32,000 nucleotides of DNA from Candidatus Saccharimonadota bacterium. Its GTDB lineage: Bacteria > Pseudomonadota > Gammaproteobacteria > Enterobacterales > Enterobacteriaceae. Every line of letters begins with the position of its first letter. The first letter of the stretch is position 1. The position numbers and the translations under genes were made by a program. The notes under the pieces were generated by a model, which did no database searches, had not been told where the DNA came from, and saw nothing but the letters and a program-made list of their open reading frames with translations. The DNA lies in the NCBI GenBank assembly GCA_041941795.1, contig CP145872.1, positions 90,001 to 122,000 of the forward strand, written 5' to 3'. Of this stretch, positions 29,515 through 32,000 are shown in pieces.

Positions 29515-30399
29515 ATGCATAAGGTTCATATTACTTTCTTAGGACCTAAAGGAACTTATTCTCATCTAGCATTACATAAATATGCGAATAATTATTTTAA
29601 TACCTTTATAGAAAGTACTTGTGGTAATTTTTATCTAATTTTAAAAAAAGTAGAAAGTGGACAAGCAGATTATGCAATAGTTCCTATTGAAAATAGCAGT
29701 TCCGGTTCTATAAAAGAAATATATGAACTGTTAGCACGGACTGAACTATATATTATTGGAGAAATAATATTACCTATTGAACACTGTATGTTAGTTTATC
29801 CTAACACACACCTTCATCATATTGAAACTATTTACAGCCATGCACAACCCTTTCAACAGTGCAGTTTATTTATGCAACATTTTCCCACCTGTCAACTTAA
29901 ATATACATTAAGTACTGCAGCGGCAATGACACAAGTAGCAAGTCTTCAATCGCCTAAAGTTGCAGCTATTGGAAGTGAAGAAGGTGGTCAATATTATAAT
30001 TTACAAGTGATAGCTAGAAATATCTCCAATCAACGACCCAATCACACGAGATTTATTATTCTCTCTAAAGAAGCGCAGGAAGTAGATAGTGAGACTCCGG
30101 CTAAAACTACCCTCTTCTTGTCTCACAAGAAAACCTCAAGATGCTTGATACACCCTCTTCTGATATTACGTCGTCAGAATATTATTAGTCATCTACTATC
30201 TCGGTATGCTAATAAGCGATTATGGGAAGATTTCTTTTATCTCGATCTGAAAAATCATTTAACCACACCCATAATGCAACATTATTTAATAAAAATTAAA
30301 TATTTTTCCCGTTCCATGAGAATCTTAGGATGTTATCCTCGAGATAAACAAGATGAATGGTTACCTGATAAACTGCCAATTAGGAAGAAAATTCAATAA
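29515..30399 (+). CDS. pheA: prephenate dehydratase with ACT-type regulatory domain (P-protein without its chorismate-mutase domain)
   Basis: [64 protein letters not shown] aligns to E. coli PheA from about residue 100 to the end. An in-frame TAG lies 4 codons upstream of the ATG. Confidence 0.9.
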   Translation: MHKVHITFLGPKGTYSHLALHKYANNYFNTFIESTCGNFYLILKKVESGQADYAIVPIENSSSGSIKEIYELLARTELYIIGEIILPIEHCMLVYPNTHLHHIETIYSHAQPFQQCSLFMQHFPTCQLKYTLSTAAAMTQVASLQSPKVAAIGSEEGGQYYNLQVIARNISNQRPNHTRFIILSKEAQEVDSETPAKTTLFLSHKKTSRCLIHPLLILRRQNIISHLLSRYANKRLWEDFFYLDLKNHLTTPIMQHYLIKIKYFSRSMRILGCYPRDKQDEWLPDKLPIRKKIQ

Positions 30400-31502
30400 G
30401 GATTGAAACGTAATAAATAACGACTCTCTAGATAACACCTTTGCGCATATATTCCTAACCATTCTTGTACTTTAGTAAATTTTTTTATAAATGATTCTTT
30501 ATCTTGGGATTCTAATAATTGAATAATCTCTCCAAAAAGAACATAATAACGTTTAATAAACTTTAAATTCATTGCGGATGACATAATAATATCAGCATAA
30601 AGTTTAGGATGTTGTTTAAAAAAACGACCAATCATAATTAATTCTAATTTATACCCTGGGGATGCTATAAGTAGCAATTCTTCAAAATTAGCTTTTTCTT
30701 GGTTAAGATGGAGACCAGCTACTAAATATGATAAATGACGCAATGCCTGAATAAAACTCATACTTTGATCATGTTTACTCGCACTTATACAATGTAAACT
30801 CATTCCCCATATGGTAAGTTGATCTAAAAACCATTCATAAGATTCGTAATTACGACCATCACACCATATAACAACTTGTTTCACTGGATGATCAGTATCT
30901 GGGGAAAACATTGGATGCAAACCGAGAACTGGGCCATGGTGCTTGGCTAACATTCTATCCAATGGGATGACTTTAACTGAAGATAAATCTACCAAAATGC
31001 AATCCTTAGGTAACATTGGTAATTGAGAAGTCACTTGTTCTATCAGTGGGATAGGAACACTGATAATAACCATGACGGCATCAGATAAAATTTTTTCAGC
31101 ATTAGACCAATCATTTCTATCAAAAATTTTAACTTGATAGTTAGATAGTCTTAACATTCTTTCAAAGAACTGACCCATTCTTCCTTTTCCTCCAATAATA
31201 ACTACCGGCCGCGAAGAAAAACTAATTTTTTTGCAGCCTTTACTCAATTCTCGAAGGTAAGATTCACTTATTATCCGACGTAAAATATCTTCAAACAAAT
31301 CAGGAGACACCCCTAAATGTAACGCTTCTTGCCGTCGTGTAGCCAACATAGAAATTTCTCGTTCTGGAACATAAATAGGTAAACCATAAAAATATTTTAT
31401 TTTTCCTATTTCTTCCACTATTTTCATTCTTTTAGCGATAATTTTCAGTAGCTCTGTATCTAATTCATCTATTTTTTTACGTAATCCCTTTAATTCTGTC
31501 AC
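30393..31502 (-). CDS. tyrA: bifunctional chorismate mutase / prephenate dehydrogenase (T-protein)
   Basis: [40 protein letters not shown] (CM domain), [14 protein letters not shown] (NAD fold) and [20 protein letters not shown] span the full length of E. coli TyrA. Confidence 0.95.
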   Translation of the reverse strand: MTELKGLRKKIDELDTELLKIIAKRMKIVEEIGKIKYFYGLPIYVPEREISMLATRRQEALHLGVSPDLFEDILRRIISESYLRELSKGCKKISFSSRPVVIIGGKGRMGQFFERMLRLSNYQVKIFDRNDWSNAEKILSDAVMVIISVPIPLIEQVTSQLPMLPKDCILVDLSSVKVIPLDRMLAKHHGPVLGLHPMFSPDTDHPVKQVVIWCDGRNYESYEWFLDQLTIWGMSLHCISASKHDQSMSFIQALRHLSYLVAGLHLNQEKANFEELLLIASPGYKLELIMIGRFFKQHPKLYADIIMSSAMNLKFIKRYYVLFGEIIQLLESQDKESFIKKFTKVQEWLGIYAQRCYLESRYLLRFNPY

Positions 31503-31539
31503 AATTATTAAATTCCTTTAAAATTCGTTGAATAAATTA

Positions 31540-32000
31540 CTAATCTAAAATTTGATATAGTTCTATTATTAATTTTTCAGTAGTTTCCCAACTAATACAA
31601 GCATCTGTCACTGATACTCCATAGCGCATTTTAGGTCCATATTTTTCTAAACGTTGATTTCCTGCATGTAAGTTACTTTCTAACATCAGTCCCACAATAG
31701 ATTTATTTCCCCTTTTTCGTTGTATTATAACGGATTTCGCCACGTTGGGTTGTTGATTAAAATCTTTCTGGGAATTATCATGACTGCAATCTACTATAAT
31801 GCTAGTTTTAATACCTGCTTGTTTCATAATTTTTTCACATTTAGCAATAGCAGTAGAATCGAAATTGGGTTTTTTATACCCTCCACGCAATATTAGATGG
31901 CCCTTTTTATTACCCGAAGTATGTAATAAACAAATTTTTCCGGCTTGATTAATACTAATAAATTTATGCGGTTGAGCAGCTGCTATTATGGCATTTATAG
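31540..32000 (-). CDS. aroF: DAHP synthase, AroF-type, C-terminal part (gene continues beyond the right edge)
   Basis: ..INQAGKICLLHTSGNKKGHLILRGGYKKPNF..IVDCSHDNS..MLESNLHAGNQ..MRYGVSVTDACISWE matches AroF (KYGVSVTDACISWE) better than AroG or AroH. The reading frame stays open up to position 32000. It sits downstream-adjacent to tyrA, as in the E. coli aroF-tyrA operon. Confidence 0.92.
   Translation of the reverse strand, partial: INAIIAAAQPHKFISINQAGKICLLHTSGNKKGHLILRGGYKKPNFDSTAIAKCEKIMKQAGIKTSIIVDCSHDNSQKDFNQQPNVAKSVIIQRKRGNKSIVGLMLESNLHAGNQRLEKYGPKMRYGVSVTDACISWETTEKLIIELYQILD

Overview
This is an AT-rich, eroding segment of a reduced Enterobacterales genome. The 16S 5' region is Sodalis/Enterobacteriaceae-like and gene order follows E. 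coli K-12 blocks, which best fits an insect endosymbiont at an intermediate stage of genome reduction. All homology calls rest on alignments to E. coli K-12 sequences recalled from memory; no searches were run.

Intact genes:
- Replication and nucleic-acid enzymes: priA, dnaQ, rnhA, hupA, dcd.
- Translation and RNA modification: rpmE, engB, tsaB, yegQ/trhP, metG, rluD.
- Envelope and stress: dsbA, htpX, ibpA, bamD.
- Aromatic amino-acid synthesis: tyrA, aroF (partial, runs off the right edge).
- RNA genes: tRNA-Cys, tRNA-Leu(UAA), tRNA-Asp, a 23S-5S-tRNA-Asp unit, and the 5' 439 nt of a 16S gene that is not linked to the 23S.

Recognisable gene relics: metB, a yqjD/elaB-like gene, glnA, purH, the hisI tail, the clpB N-domain and the pheA chorismate-mutase domain.

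I found no CRISPR array, mobile element, prophage, toxin or defence cluster, and no discrete novel multi-gene system.

The most unusual signal is domain-level pruning of multidomain proteins at natural domain boundaries:
- polA is split into a stand-alone 5' nuclease ORF and a Klenow-like ORF whose proofreading carboxylates are replaced.
- clpB is cut down to the equivalent of the E. coli internal-start short isoform, with the N-domain decaying in place.
- pheA is reduced to prephenate dehydratase plus a regulatory domain with both Phe-feedback motifs changed, while tyrA keeps the only chorismate mutase seen in this window.
- metG lacks its C-terminal appended domain.

Other points of interest:
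- The 23S gene still carries relics of the 16S-23S spacer directly after clpB.
- A boxA-like motif recurs at three rRNA flanks.
- ibpA has a sigma32-type promoter plus a hairpin that sequesters its Shine-Dalgarno sequence.
- aroF-tyrA-pheA are retained while glnA, purH, metB and hisI are dead.
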